64,000 nucleotides of DNA, taken from IMG/VR virus record IMGVR_UViG_2974692648_000001, positions 64,001 through 128,000 of that record; one strand, given 5' to 3'. Shown here piece by piece: positions 29,917 through 39,850 of the stretch; positions within the stretch are counted from its first letter, which is position 1, and every line of letters begins with the position of its first letter. Made by a program: the position numbers and the translations under genes. This DNA comes from a virus (Duplodnaviria > Caudoviricetes). The notes under the pieces are model-generated. The model saw only the letters and a list, made by a program, of their open reading frames with translations, was not told where the DNA came from and searched no databases.

Positions 29917-32133
29917 ATGGAAATTGTTAAGGTTTTACCCTTAGACTTACGTGCTGAGTTAGAGTCCAACTATTTGGATGAGACTCAGCCTGTAACCATT
30001 TTGTCAAGAGACTGGTATCGCCCAGATTACAGTCCCTTCTTTATCGATGACTTTGAGTTGTTTGACGGCGACGGAATGTTACTGAAGCGTAACAAGCATT
30101 ATACCTTGGAATCTATGAATTCGGAGTTAGTTAAAAAGACTGGACGACCAGTCTACCACTTTTTCCGTATTTTGGATACAACATTAAACTACAAAAAGTC
30201 TTACCGCATCAAATATCGTAGTGTGGGTAATACGGGCTTCCCGCGCTCACTAATCTCCAAGATGGTGAACGATTTGATCAACAGTGATTACTGGGTTGAT
30301 TGGGACACACAGGTGTTAGGTAAACCGCCTACATTCCCTGCATACCAACATTGGCACGATATCGAAACAGAAGTTGCGAACTGGGATCAGTTTACTCGCT
30401 TTGCCACTCAGCACTTGAACTACGTAATGGAAACTAAACGCGCGCATTACGATCGTGTCATGGCAATGATCAATAAAGTGGAGGGTTTGTTCAGCAAAGA
30501 ACACCGTGATTATCGTGCTCGATTAAAGGCCCACGATCAAGATTACAATAACCCACACAAGTTAAAGCGGGAACACTTTGAGTTAGATCATATACCTAAC
30601 TTACCGCTCTCGACTATTTCAGAAGACCACCAGGGTAATCGTAACAACCGCTTCACCACCCCTAAAGGTTTAATGTGTGCGGTCAACTATCAACAGCGGT
30701 TATCTCCGAACATGGTTCGGTCTGGTGAGATTAAACTGAACGCGTTCCATGAACTGGGTGGGTTAAGTACCCTGGCTCCGGGACGCACTTTCCAGACCGA
30801 CCAAATGACCAAAGCTTCTGTGGTCCGAGATCGTGATGGTGGGGTTAACTTATACGTTGGTGACGCTACGGGGCAAGTGAGTACCTCACTATACGGTAAA
30901 TCCGGGGAACTCACTTTAACCGGAAAGTACAATACGTTGAAGAACGACGTCCCTAAGTTTGATGTGGTTTTAAGAACCGCGGGTCAAGGAGTGGTGTTAA
31001 AACAATCTACCACTCAAATGGGTCGTTACTATCCCAACCCTAATGATTTCTTAGATCCAAATAACACCGATTATTGTCAGTTGGATTTTGAGGACCTAGA
31101 AGCCCAATTAGGTTCGGGGTGGGAAGAACGTTCTTGGTTTATCCCTACCCCAGAAGGGTTGATGGTCACCCACCGCACTACGGTAAACCCAGGTCGTCCT
31201 TTTACGTTTGAATTCCGTATGTTTGAAATGACTTATGGTGTGGGTCCCTTCCCGGTATTATCACCAAGTTATTTCACCTTTGATTACGACACGATAACTG
31301 GAGTTAGTTTGAAGGACGCTAATAAGTTATCTATGGTCGATATGGTGGAAGGAACGATAAGTGGCACTTACGATCGTTTTCATCATACCTTCACTGATCC
31401 TATCAAAGTATTTGATTTAAACGGCTACGGAATCTCATTGGTTTCAGACATTGACGTCAACGGTGGGAATAAAGTGATGATTAAACTTTTAACCACAGCG
31501 ACCTTAGATGGGAAACCATACCCGATTGAAACGGCTTGGGAGTTTGATTACACTAATCGAGTTTTCACTCGTTTGCTGTCTGGATCAAATAGTCGTTCAG
31601 TAGACAATTTGTCTGGAGACGTTGTTTTTGGCGAACCACTGGTTAAATTAACTAGAGGTAGCACCCAATACCCAACCCTGGGATTAGGTCATAAAGGTGA
31701 AGTGTTTAACTACTTTGGCGGGACTAAATACAACGTGGGTAAAATAGAGTTGGATAACTTAATTGAGTTCTACCGTACCTCTATTGAAAATCGATTAAAC
31801 GATAGCGTAACATCTAAGGAAGTTAACGTGGGGTTAATCGTTGATCCACAACCTGACAGCTTTAACTGGATGTTAGTGGTTCCTAATGACTGTTCTATTA
31901 TCTACCGCGGACGACCTATGACACTCAAGCGCGGGATGGTGGACGTCAGAACTAACCCTATGGTATCACCTGGGTTTGCTGGAACCATTACTGTTGGTGT
32001 TTACTCCACACCAAGTGGTTTACGTTTAACCGCAGACGCTAACAGTCACCCATTGAAAAACGTCTTTGCTATTGCTAGGGTGGAAATCGACTCTTCAGGT
32101 ATAGTAAAGGTTACCAAACTCACCGAGGTTTAA
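29917..32133 (+). CDS. tail/baseplate fibre-like virion protein
   Basis: 738 aa; RPDYSPFF, WDTQVLGKPPTFPAYQHWHD and HDQDYNNPH paralogous motifs. Confidence 0.7.
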   Translation: MEIVKVLPLDLRAELESNYLDETQPVTILSRDWYRPDYSPFFIDDFELFDGDGMLLKRNKHYTLESMNSELVKKTGRPVYHFFRILDTTLNYKKSYRIKYRSVGNTGFPRSLISKMVNDLINSDYWVDWDTQVLGKPPTFPAYQHWHDIETEVANWDQFTRFATQHLNYVMETKRAHYDRVMAMINKVEGLFSKEHRDYRARLKAHDQDYNNPHKLKREHFELDHIPNLPLSTISEDHQGNRNNRFTTPKGLMCAVNYQQRLSPNMVRSGEIKLNAFHELGGLSTLAPGRTFQTDQMTKASVVRDRDGGVNLYVGDATGQVSTSLYGKSGELTLTGKYNTLKNDVPKFDVVLRTAGQGVVLKQSTTQMGRYYPNPNDFLDPNNTDYCQLDFEDLEAQLGSGWEERSWFIPTPEGLMVTHRTTVNPGRPFTFEFRMFEMTYGVGPFPVLSPSYFTFDYDTITGVSLKDANKLSMVDMVEGTISGTYDRFHHTFTDPIKVFDLNGYGISLVSDIDVNGGNKVMIKLLTTATLDGKPYPIETAWEFDYTNRVFTRLLSGSNSRSVDNLSGDVVFGEPLVKLTRGSTQYPTLGLGHKGEVFNYFGGTKYNVGKIELDNLIEFYRTSIENRLNDSVTSKEVNVGLIVDPQPDSFNWMLVVPNDCSIIYRGRPMTLKRGMVDVRTNPMVSPGFAGTITVGVYSTPSGLRLTADANSHPLKNVFAIARVEIDSSGIVKVTKLTEV

Positions 32134-32134
32134 T

Positions 32135-34690
32135 ATGAAAGTAATAAGTGGAGGTATTCCTGGAGTACCGCAACACACGACTAAAGTTGGGGACGTTTAT
32201 GCACAACTGCATCGTATTGCCTTTGCTCGCGGTGAACAACTCAACGAAACCGAACGTCTAACCAAAGCTCTTGGTAACGAGATCACTGACACTCTTAATG
32301 TTAATTACGAGTCACTTAATCTTAAGTTATCCGAACATATGGCTAAAGAAGGTCCTCAACACGGTGAGGACTTAAAGACGTTAGGCTTAAGCATGGTCGG
32401 GGATTTCCCTCTAACCCACGCACAACATATCCTGGAAGGTGGGGTTTACAACGAGTATGTTACTCCCCGTGCGTTAAGTGATGCGTTACATCAAACTATC
32501 CACACACCTACACCAGAACTCATGTCTGTCGGACGTACTCATTTTTGTATGGTCGACTTGGCACCGGAGTTGAGCGGATGGACTCGTGCCACCGGAGAGA
32601 GTGGGGGAACACAACAGTGGGAACGAGGTGGGTCGATTTATCACTTAGATGGACATGCGTACGTAGGCTTCCCAATTCGTGGTAAGTCCACTTCTATGCT
32701 AGTAGACGAAACCCCGGGTGCTAAACAAATCCATGGGTTGCGTCAAGTCGGCGTACGATCTGGTGCTGGAACGGGTGATGTGTTAGGCTGGAACGCAATT
32801 GCTTTAAGGGAATATCGTGCCTCCCACCCCCTTACGTTCTTGGGAACAAACGGGTTTGCCTACGACGCTCTCTACGCCCCAATTGGGCATGATCTGTCTA
32901 ACACCCAACTTACTGCCAATCACGTGACCTGGCTTGACACAGACAACGTGAACAACCATTTTGGTGGAACCATCTCCGCTAATTCAAACGGAGTTCGTTT
33001 CGGTCTCATTCATTGTGAGAAAGCCGTCTCTGGTTTCCACAACGGGATTAACGGTGGTTCGTTCTTTGGTTGGGGTAGTAACGTTATTACTGATAGTTCT
33101 GTCTTCCAATACACTTTCGAAGGTCAGCAATCTACTGATTCGTTGATTGACATAGATTGGGAAACATTGACAGGTAAAACTGGAATTGTCTTCGATCATG
33201 AAAGTGAGGTTCATGGTGGGTTTGAGTGGATCGAGTACAATCGAGATTTGTTTATTTTCTTGAGTGCGAATTTAACGGATGCCGATGGAAATAAATACAC
33301 AGCGTTCTTTGGTTGGATTGCGAATGTAAGAGATCCGTCGTCAGTGACGATCACAAGACTACGTACCCCGTTTGATTGGAGCGACTCAGCTACCCCTCAA
33401 TTGAACGTCACGCATCCTTTCCACCCTTACCATGGATCGGGCGCAATGCGTCCCCGTGGTGGTCATGCTTCGGTTTACACTTACAACCTCAAATGCATGG
33501 TTCGAGATCATGTTCATGAAATCCGTAGTTTAAAGGAACTCTTTGATCGTTGTAAAGAAATTCCTTCTATCCCTGTTAGTACGAATTTAAAGTTACACTT
33601 CGGCACGTCTCCGTCTGTACTAGGAAGTAGTCAAGGTCGTTTCTTCCTCCAGAACGACCACACGCTGATCAACGGACAATTCAAGGCTAACGGTGAATGG
33701 GATTTCTATCGACAAGAATTCCAAGACGGAATGCTAGATGACGGTGGGTTTGGTGGACTCTCTTGGAACACTAGTACTTCTAGTCGACTGATTTCTGAAC
33801 TAGAGGACTTTAACCAAGAATGTGTTAACACCATTGCTGATGATGGAACGATCACCTTAACCGGAATGGTTTGGTCTACTGACAACCTGCACCGTGCCAG
33901 AGGAACTATTCGAGGTGTTGTTGGTAAAGGGATGTTATCTAAACCTGTACACTTAACCGACGAGTCGTTGACTGCTATTGAGAAAGAGCACCAATCTTAC
34001 TTAATAGCTAACGATCACGATGCATATGCGTGTGTCATGGTTTATCCTGTTGGGGACTTATACGAAGGCTTAGGTATGCGTTGTGATTCACAAGGCAATG
34101 TGGAAGTGGTTAAGTATGACGTAGCTAAGTCCGGGGAACGTTTCCAAGTTACTCGAAAAGGGGATTACCAAAACGTCTACCAAAGTGAAGGTCCTGTAAC
34201 AGGCGCGCCTGATAACTTACGTCGTTTCCTCAAGCGCGACTTTTTCGTCTACCTGGTGAATGGTGAAACACCTAAGGTCACTATCAAGCATCCTTTGATG
34301 GATCGAACTCTGATTCTGAGATTGGATATTGGTGAAACCATTACCGTGGAAGAGACCTTGGCACCGGAACCTAATGAAGTCGGACTCACGTTGTTCTACT
34401 TCCCATTCCCAACTATTCATGGTGTCTTCATGCCGGTATTAGGTGGTCTAGATGGTTTCTATCGTTTAGGCGATAAGAGTATGACTGGTGGTAATGTTGT
34501 TTACAGTGACGACGTTTACGCGAACGACAGTGACCGTGTCGTTATCAAAGGACGTCCTTACTCTATCCCACCTGGTTTCAAGTGGCTAGATCCGTACGGT
34601 AAAGAAATCAGTTTCAACATAAAAGACGGGGAACTCAACCCAGAGACCTCGGATAATGTGATTGATTCTAATTTGTCTTACCCGAATTAA
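32135..34690 (+). CDS. tail fibre-like virion protein
   Basis: 851 aa; HMAKEGPQHGEDLKTLGLSMVGDF resembles the H..D..NPH...GL..V motif of its neighbours. Confidence 0.6.
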   Translation: MKVISGGIPGVPQHTTKVGDVYAQLHRIAFARGEQLNETERLTKALGNEITDTLNVNYESLNLKLSEHMAKEGPQHGEDLKTLGLSMVGDFPLTHAQHILEGGVYNEYVTPRALSDALHQTIHTPTPELMSVGRTHFCMVDLAPELSGWTRATGESGGTQQWERGGSIYHLDGHAYVGFPIRGKSTSMLVDETPGAKQIHGLRQVGVRSGAGTGDVLGWNAIALREYRASHPLTFLGTNGFAYDALYAPIGHDLSNTQLTANHVTWLDTDNVNNHFGGTISANSNGVRFGLIHCEKAVSGFHNGINGGSFFGWGSNVITDSSVFQYTFEGQQSTDSLIDIDWETLTGKTGIVFDHESEVHGGFEWIEYNRDLFIFLSANLTDADGNKYTAFFGWIANVRDPSSVTITRLRTPFDWSDSATPQLNVTHPFHPYHGSGAMRPRGGHASVYTYNLKCMVRDHVHEIRSLKELFDRCKEIPSIPVSTNLKLHFGTSPSVLGSSQGRFFLQNDHTLINGQFKANGEWDFYRQEFQDGMLDDGGFGGLSWNTSTSSRLISELEDFNQECVNTIADDGTITLTGMVWSTDNLHRARGTIRGVVGKGMLSKPVHLTDESLTAIEKEHQSYLIANDHDAYACVMVYPVGDLYEGLGMRCDSQGNVEVVKYDVAKSGERFQVTRKGDYQNVYQSEGPVTGAPDNLRRFLKRDFFVYLVNGETPKVTIKHPLMDRTLILRLDIGETITVEETLAPEPNEVGLTLFYFPFPTIHGVFMPVLGGLDGFYRLGDKSMTGGNVVYSDDVYANDSDRVVIKGRPYSIPPGFKWLDPYGKEISFNIKDGELNPETSDNVIDSNLSYPN

Positions 34691-34697
34691 TAAGTGT

Positions 34698-34734
34698 TAT
34701 AACTCCTACTCCCTTGCCGGGAGTAGGAGTTATA
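34698..34734. terminator. bidirectional terminator (repeated hairpin family)
   Basis: TATAACTCCTACTCCC-TTGCC-GGGAGTAGGAGTTATA. Confidence 0.8.
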
Positions 34735-34740
34735 TTTAGT

Positions 34741-35793
34741 TTATATTGGTGGGGAAGTTGGAGATCCCTTATTACCAGTGTGCTTATGGTTCTTTAACGA
34801 TACACCCGCAGCAACAACGTCTACATCGGACTCTACTACATCCTGGGCTTTAATCCCCCCGGAAGTCGCCAATGTGCCACCGCTACCACCTGGTCCCGCT
34901 GAACAACTCATGCCTCCTGCAACACCCAGATTACCTTGAATACCGACGTTACCTTTAATAGAAGTCGTAGGGCACACAATGTTAATGGAATCACCTTTCC
35001 AATCGGTTTTCTTGGCTTCCATAGTTAAGGAATCAGTAGTGACTTTCATTGTCCCTGCGTTCATGACGAAATCATTACACTTCACAAAGAATTTGTCCGT
35101 CTTCATGTTGATCGATTTAGCGGCATCAAACAGTTGAGTCCCTTTATTAATCAAAGAAATATCTTTACGGTTAATGTTGAAGATAGATCCTTCACGGTTA
35201 CGCATCACCCAGGAGTGTTTCAGTGAATCCAATGCAAAGGCATTTTTCTCAGTGTCGGTCAATGCCCACGTCCCATTTCGGGTATTGAAGCCAAGCCGAT
35301 AAGCAACAGGTTCTTTATTCGCTTGGGTGGTCTTGAACACCACTTCCTGGTGACGAGTAGAGAAAACTAAGGTGTAGTAATCTTCGAAACTAAACGGAGC
35401 ATTGCGATCAGTGTGAGGATTAGCGTTCCAAGCATACAGTACGTGTTCTAACCGGAAGCTCTCGTTTCCTATCCCCCATGTAGTCCAATAAAGCTGATCG
35501 TCATCGTTAAACTTATAGAGTGCGACCTTAGACCCTACTCGAACATCAGGGGCGGTTAATCGGTTTGGGGTGAACGGCATCCACTTGGCGGTGTAAAAGT
35601 TAGCACGTAAACCCTTGCTGGTCTGGTAACCACTTTCACCTGTGGGATTGGAACTACTGACAGCTTCGGCGTTTGCTATCCCGGCTCCGTCACTTTGTGG
35701 AAATTCAGCTTTGTTAGTGACCTTAATGAAATATGAATTCTCAGGCTTATTTTCTAAAACTGTCCCCACCCCGATGAAATTAAGTAAATTCAT
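34741..35793 (-). CDS. baseplate central spike protein (phiKZ gp164-like)
   Basis: N-terminal OB-like region, beta-strand repeats and C-terminal SLKNHKHTG (H-x-H metal-binding apex as in P2 gpV). Confidence 0.75.
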   Translation of the reverse strand: MNLLNFIGVGTVLENKPENSYFIKVTNKAEFPQSDGAGIANAEAVSSSNPTGESGYQTSKGLRANFYTAKWMPFTPNRLTAPDVRVGSKVALYKFNDDDQLYWTTWGIGNESFRLEHVLYAWNANPHTDRNAPFSFEDYYTLVFSTRHQEVVFKTTQANKEPVAYRLGFNTRNGTWALTDTEKNAFALDSLKHSWVMRNREGSIFNINRKDISLINKGTQLFDAAKSINMKTDKFFVKCNDFVMNAGTMKVTTDSLTMEAKKTDWKGDSINIVCPTTSIKGNVGIQGNLGVAGGMSCSAGPGGSGGTLATSGGIKAQDVVESDVDVVAAGVSLKNHKHTGNKGSPTSPPI

Positions 35794-35838
35794 ACATGGT
35801 GTCCTATAGATAAGTAGGGTAAATTAATTGAGTCAATT

Positions 35839-38316
35839 ATGATCACAGAATTACGTTTAAAGAATAATACAGGGTTGCTGACCAAAGGCACGCGTTCTGT
35901 CGAGTTAGTGTTCAGCGACCTTGTAAATATCTTCATGGGAAGAAATGGTTTTGGTAAGACCAGTATATTGAAGGAATGTCACCCATTACCACCAGATAAC
36001 GCAGACTACGCCAAAGGTGGTTACAAATACGTTAAGTGGGTAGTCAGTGAACAAGAGTTTTACATCTTGGAGTCCCACACTGGTTCCAGTTCCAAACACT
36101 CCTTTAAAAAGAATGGGGTAGAGGAACTCAATACTGGTGGTACGTTAACCGTACAAAAAGATTTATGTAAAGAGTATTTCGGTCTTACTCCATCTTTGGT
36201 TAAATACCTTACAGGTCTTAAAGTCAATGATTTATTCACTGCATTATCGACTGCTGCAAGAAAACAAATCATCATGGACATGTACCCTAACGATACCCGT
36301 TATGCGGTCGGTGTCTACAATAAAATCAAAAGCGAGTTGCGTAACTGTACCGGTGCAATTAAAAACCAACACCATCGATTAGCTGAAGAAAATCAGCGCA
36401 AAGAACAATTGATGGGTAAAAGTGTTGAACAGCTCGAACAAGAAATTGAACAACTAGACGGACGTATTAAAGAAGCCATGGTGTTGTCTGGCGCACTTGC
36501 TAACGTTGTTCCAATGGATGAAGAATTAAACCGAGACATCCGTCGTTTCGTTAAAACCACCAAAGAACTCGTGGTGGGTTCAGTCACCTCTATACAAACT
36601 CCAGAGGAATTAGAGCAACAAGCCTTACAGTATAAACGTATCATGACTAAGATGAATACGCAGATTACTGTACGTCGTTCTAAGATCACTGACTTAATGG
36701 AAACACTCAGCGGGGTTAATTACATTACTGAAACTCCAGAAGTGTTAGAGGAACAACGACTAAGACTACAGTCGCTACATCAACAAGATAGTGTTAGTGC
36801 TGCTGACGCTCAGCGTATCGTTTATCAAACCTTTGGTGAGATCAGTGACGATACCGTAGATCTAATAGCTCGCAGTTCTGGTCAACTAGTGAGCGTGTTA
36901 GACCAAGTCACTTTGGCGAGTAGCCCACAAGTCACATTGATGGATTATCGTCTTTGGGAAGAACGTTTAGAGGAAGTTAACTCTCAAGGTCGTAATCTCA
37001 AATATCAAGTTGAAGAACTTCGTCATGCTTTGAAACACTTTGATATGACCGAGGACATGAAGTGTCCTGAATGTGAACACGAGTTTAAGCCGGGATTTGA
37101 TCTAAAGGATGTCGAGCACAAACGTGCGGAGTTAACTCGATTAACAGAACAACTAAAGCGCGTTGTAGAAGAGCGCAATCGGTTAAAACAAAAACTTTCT
37201 TTAGACGAGGAATTCTACAGTTCTTTGTCCAAGGTAGTTTCCACTACCCGTTACTTGGATGATGACAACCGCACCCTGTTAAACATCCTTAAAGAACACA
37301 AAGTAGGTTACGTCGATGCGGACCCAGTCATTAACGGTATTAAGATGACAGTCCTATATCGTGAGAAACGTGACCTTATTAAACAACATGAATCTGAGAT
37401 TCAATCGTTGTCTATTCGAATAGACACTCTAAGAAGAAATGATATTTCCGAACTGGGGCGTCAATTAACAGAGCATGAATCGTTGTTGGCAAGTGAACAA
37501 GAATCGCTACGTCGCTTCAACGAAAAGCTCGAGCAAGTTGAATATAAACTAGAGGAGATGCGAACTAGAGACACCAAAATAGATTTACTAAGTGCGTTGG
37601 GTGAACACATCATGGATGCGTTCAGAGAACAAGGTAAGTTTATTTTACAGCAAGCTACTAATAATGCGATCAATGAGTGGGTTCCCGCTAAAGACCAACA
37701 CATGCAGATGTTGATTAGGGGTCGTAGTACAGAGTCTGTGATTGAATCCATCGAGCAAGATATTGTGCGTTTGGAAAACCGTCGCGAGAAACTCCAATTA
37801 TTACAAGATACGATTTGTCCTAACAAGGGCATGATCGCTAAATTGATGGAAGACTTTATTAAGGCATTAGTGGGAAATATGAATGCCGTTATACGTGAGG
37901 TATTTACCACCCCACTTTATGTATTGCCGTGTGTCAATAACAAAGGGGAGTTGTCTTACCGTTTCCCAGTCATTAACTCCATAGATGGAAAACCTTCTAA
38001 GGATGTCAGTGATTGCTCGGGTGGGGAACAAGACATCATCAACCTCGCTTTCCGTATGGTGTTGATGCGTTATCAGTCTCGCAACCGATTCCCGTTAGTT
38101 TTGGATGAAGTTGGGGTGAAACTTGATACGTACCACCAACAACGTTTGTTTGACTACATCTTAAGCATATCAACGAACGGTGACGTGAACCAGATTCTCA
38201 TGGTATCACACTTCTTCACCCACATTAGTATGTTTAAAGGTGCGAACGTCGTGGCGTTAAATTCAGAAGGCATTACTGTTCCGGAAGACGCGAATCGTAA
38301 TGCCAAGTTCAAATAA
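35839..38316 (+). CDS. sbcC: SbcC/Rad50-like SMC ATPase
   Basis: Walker A GRNGFGKTS, coiled coils, zinc hook CPEC, signature CSGGEQ, Walker B LVLDE. Confidence 0.9.
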   Translation: MITELRLKNNTGLLTKGTRSVELVFSDLVNIFMGRNGFGKTSILKECHPLPPDNADYAKGGYKYVKWVVSEQEFYILESHTGSSSKHSFKKNGVEELNTGGTLTVQKDLCKEYFGLTPSLVKYLTGLKVNDLFTALSTAARKQIIMDMYPNDTRYAVGVYNKIKSELRNCTGAIKNQHHRLAEENQRKEQLMGKSVEQLEQEIEQLDGRIKEAMVLSGALANVVPMDEELNRDIRRFVKTTKELVVGSVTSIQTPEELEQQALQYKRIMTKMNTQITVRRSKITDLMETLSGVNYITETPEVLEEQRLRLQSLHQQDSVSAADAQRIVYQTFGEISDDTVDLIARSSGQLVSVLDQVTLASSPQVTLMDYRLWEERLEEVNSQGRNLKYQVEELRHALKHFDMTEDMKCPECEHEFKPGFDLKDVEHKRAELTRLTEQLKRVVEERNRLKQKLSLDEEFYSSLSKVVSTTRYLDDDNRTLLNILKEHKVGYVDADPVINGIKMTVLYREKRDLIKQHESEIQSLSIRIDTLRRNDISELGRQLTEHESLLASEQESLRRFNEKLEQVEYKLEEMRTRDTKIDLLSALGEHIMDAFREQGKFILQQATNNAINEWVPAKDQHMQMLIRGRSTESVIESIEQDIVRLENRREKLQLLQDTICPNKGMIAKLMEDFIKALVGNMNAVIREVFTTPLYVLPCVNNKGELSYRFPVINSIDGKPSKDVSDCSGGEQDIINLAFRMVLMRYQSRNRFPLVLDEVGVKLDTYHQQRLFDYILSISTNGDVNQILMVSHFFTHISMFKGANVVALNSEGITVPEDANRNAKFK

Positions 38317-38323
38317 ATTTAAA

Positions 38324-38341
38324 TCTATATTATCTGGGTGT
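38324..38341 (+). promoter_or_regulatory. putative early promoter
   Basis: TCTATATTATCTGGGTGT. Confidence 0.55.
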
Positions 38342-38405
38342 CCTTAGTGATTCGTAACAACTAATGCACTTTTATAGACACTCAGTTTTTAAAGGAAGTT
38401 TAATC

Positions 38406-38681
38406 ATGTCGAACACGAGAGAACCAGTGTGTCTGACCGGCACATACGACGCTAATGGCGTCATCCATTGTGATCCTAACGGTAATGAAAATATCCGTGT
38501 GGAGTTCACTAAAACACATAACCATTTGCAAGCATCGGTGTACGTTAACGAAATCAACCAAGGATTCGTAACCTTTGGGCTGAGTAACGAACGTGCCATC
38601 AGTACCTTTGCTCAAGGTGGATGTTGGAACGAGAACCAAGTGGCAGAATCGATCCACAACATCATCTCGGTTATACACTAA
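38406..38681 (+). CDS. hypothetical protein
   Basis: ORF 38364..38681; AAGGA RBS before ATG 38406. Confidence 0.65.
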   Translation: MSNTREPVCLTGTYDANGVIHCDPNGNENIRVEFTKTHNHLQASVYVNEINQGFVTFGLSNERAISTFAQGGCWNENQVAESIHNIISVIH

Positions 38682-38744
38682 TTAAGTAACGGTCTGTGGG
38701 GTGGTTGTCCATCTCACAGATCTGCTTTATTTAAGAGAAAGTCC

Positions 38745-39194
38745 ATGAATAATAAAGAAGTAATAGGGAACACCATCCCTTTATTAGACACTGAAGGGTT
38801 TTTCTCCGACGAAGGCTATCGACTTAAATCTAAGCTTTCTTTACGTTATGAACCTTACGAAGCAGTATTGGTAATCGGTAATGAATTTGAATTTGCTTTA
38901 GATGGTTGTATATTTAACCAAGGACTTATTCAAATCACCCGAGAAACGAACTGGGATGAGACCCTCCCTGAATCTCCGGTCGATTACGCCATCGATGAAA
39001 TGTTAACCACGATACAAAAACCCTGTGTGGAAATAGAGGACTTGGACCCTAGTTACCGAGAAAAGTTCAATGAGATGAGTAAAGAATTACTCGAGGCTTT
39101 TAGGGCGCAGGGTGAACAAGGCGGCAACTCATGGTTACGTGGAGATCTTTACCGTTTCAACAATGACATACAACATTTAAAACAAACCAACTAG
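38745..39194 (+). CDS. hypothetical protein
   Basis: 149 aa ORF. Confidence 0.7.
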   Translation: MNNKEVIGNTIPLLDTEGFFSDEGYRLKSKLSLRYEPYEAVLVIGNEFEFALDGCIFNQGLIQITRETNWDETLPESPVDYAIDEMLTTIQKPCVEIEDLDPSYREKFNEMSKELLEAFRAQGEQGGNSWLRGDLYRFNNDIQHLKQTN

Positions 39195-39205
39195 GAACAT
39201 CACCA

Positions 39206-39850
39206 ATGCATAAACACATCACTTTTGATATGGATGACACACTCACAGCAACACATGCTTATATTCGAGAGAACTTAAAGCCGACGACTGAAGCCAACCT
39301 CCAAGCGATGATTGAATGTGATCGTGCCGGACATGCTTACATCAATGCATCCAGCGAGTTACAAGATGACATTCATGACCAGATCCTAACGAGTCAAGAG
39401 TTCATGTTAAAGTCTGGCGTGGCAGAGTGGGTCGCTAACCACTATGAAGAATTTTGTGCATTGATTATGTCCTTAAAGGCTCAAGGGCACACGTTCAGTA
39501 TTTGTACACACCGTGGCTGGTCAGAACAAGGTAAACCTTTAACCTCAGAATGGTTGAATGCTAAAGCGCTAGATCTGTTTGAGGAGATTCATTGTTTGGA
39601 CTCTAAAGAGCATCCTTGCAAGCTAACTTATTTAGAAGACCTATATGGGCGTGACTTTATCATAGTGGATGATAACCCGTATCATGGTATCGACCGCTCC
39701 AAGGAATTGAGTTACAACCAGAACGTCATTCAGTGTATTGGGGAACATACTGTTCCGGAGTACGTCCACTTCCGTACCTTTGCTAGTTTCCCTGAGTTCA
39801 AAGAACATTTATTAACCTTATTGTTAGGAGTCAAGCATGAGTCTATTTAA
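39206..39850 (+). CDS. HAD-superfamily phosphatase (5'(3')-deoxyribonucleotidase-like)
   Basis: Motif I FDMDDTL, motif II CTHR, conserved K, motif IV IVDDNP. Confidence 0.75.
   Translation: MHKHITFDMDDTLTATHAYIRENLKPTTEANLQAMIECDRAGHAYINASSELQDDIHDQILTSQEFMLKSGVAEWVANHYEEFCALIMSLKAQGHTFSICTHRGWSEQGKPLTSEWLNAKALDLFEEIHCLDSKEHPCKLTYLEDLYGRDFIIVDDNPYHGIDRSKELSYNQNVIQCIGEHTVPEYVHFRTFASFPEFKEHLLTLLLGVKHESI

Noticed and set aside
24353-34690. Diversity-generating retroelement or invertible fibre cassette
   Set aside because: No reverse transcriptase or invertase and no adenine-specific template/variable repeat pair seen; the repeats are degenerate at DNA level
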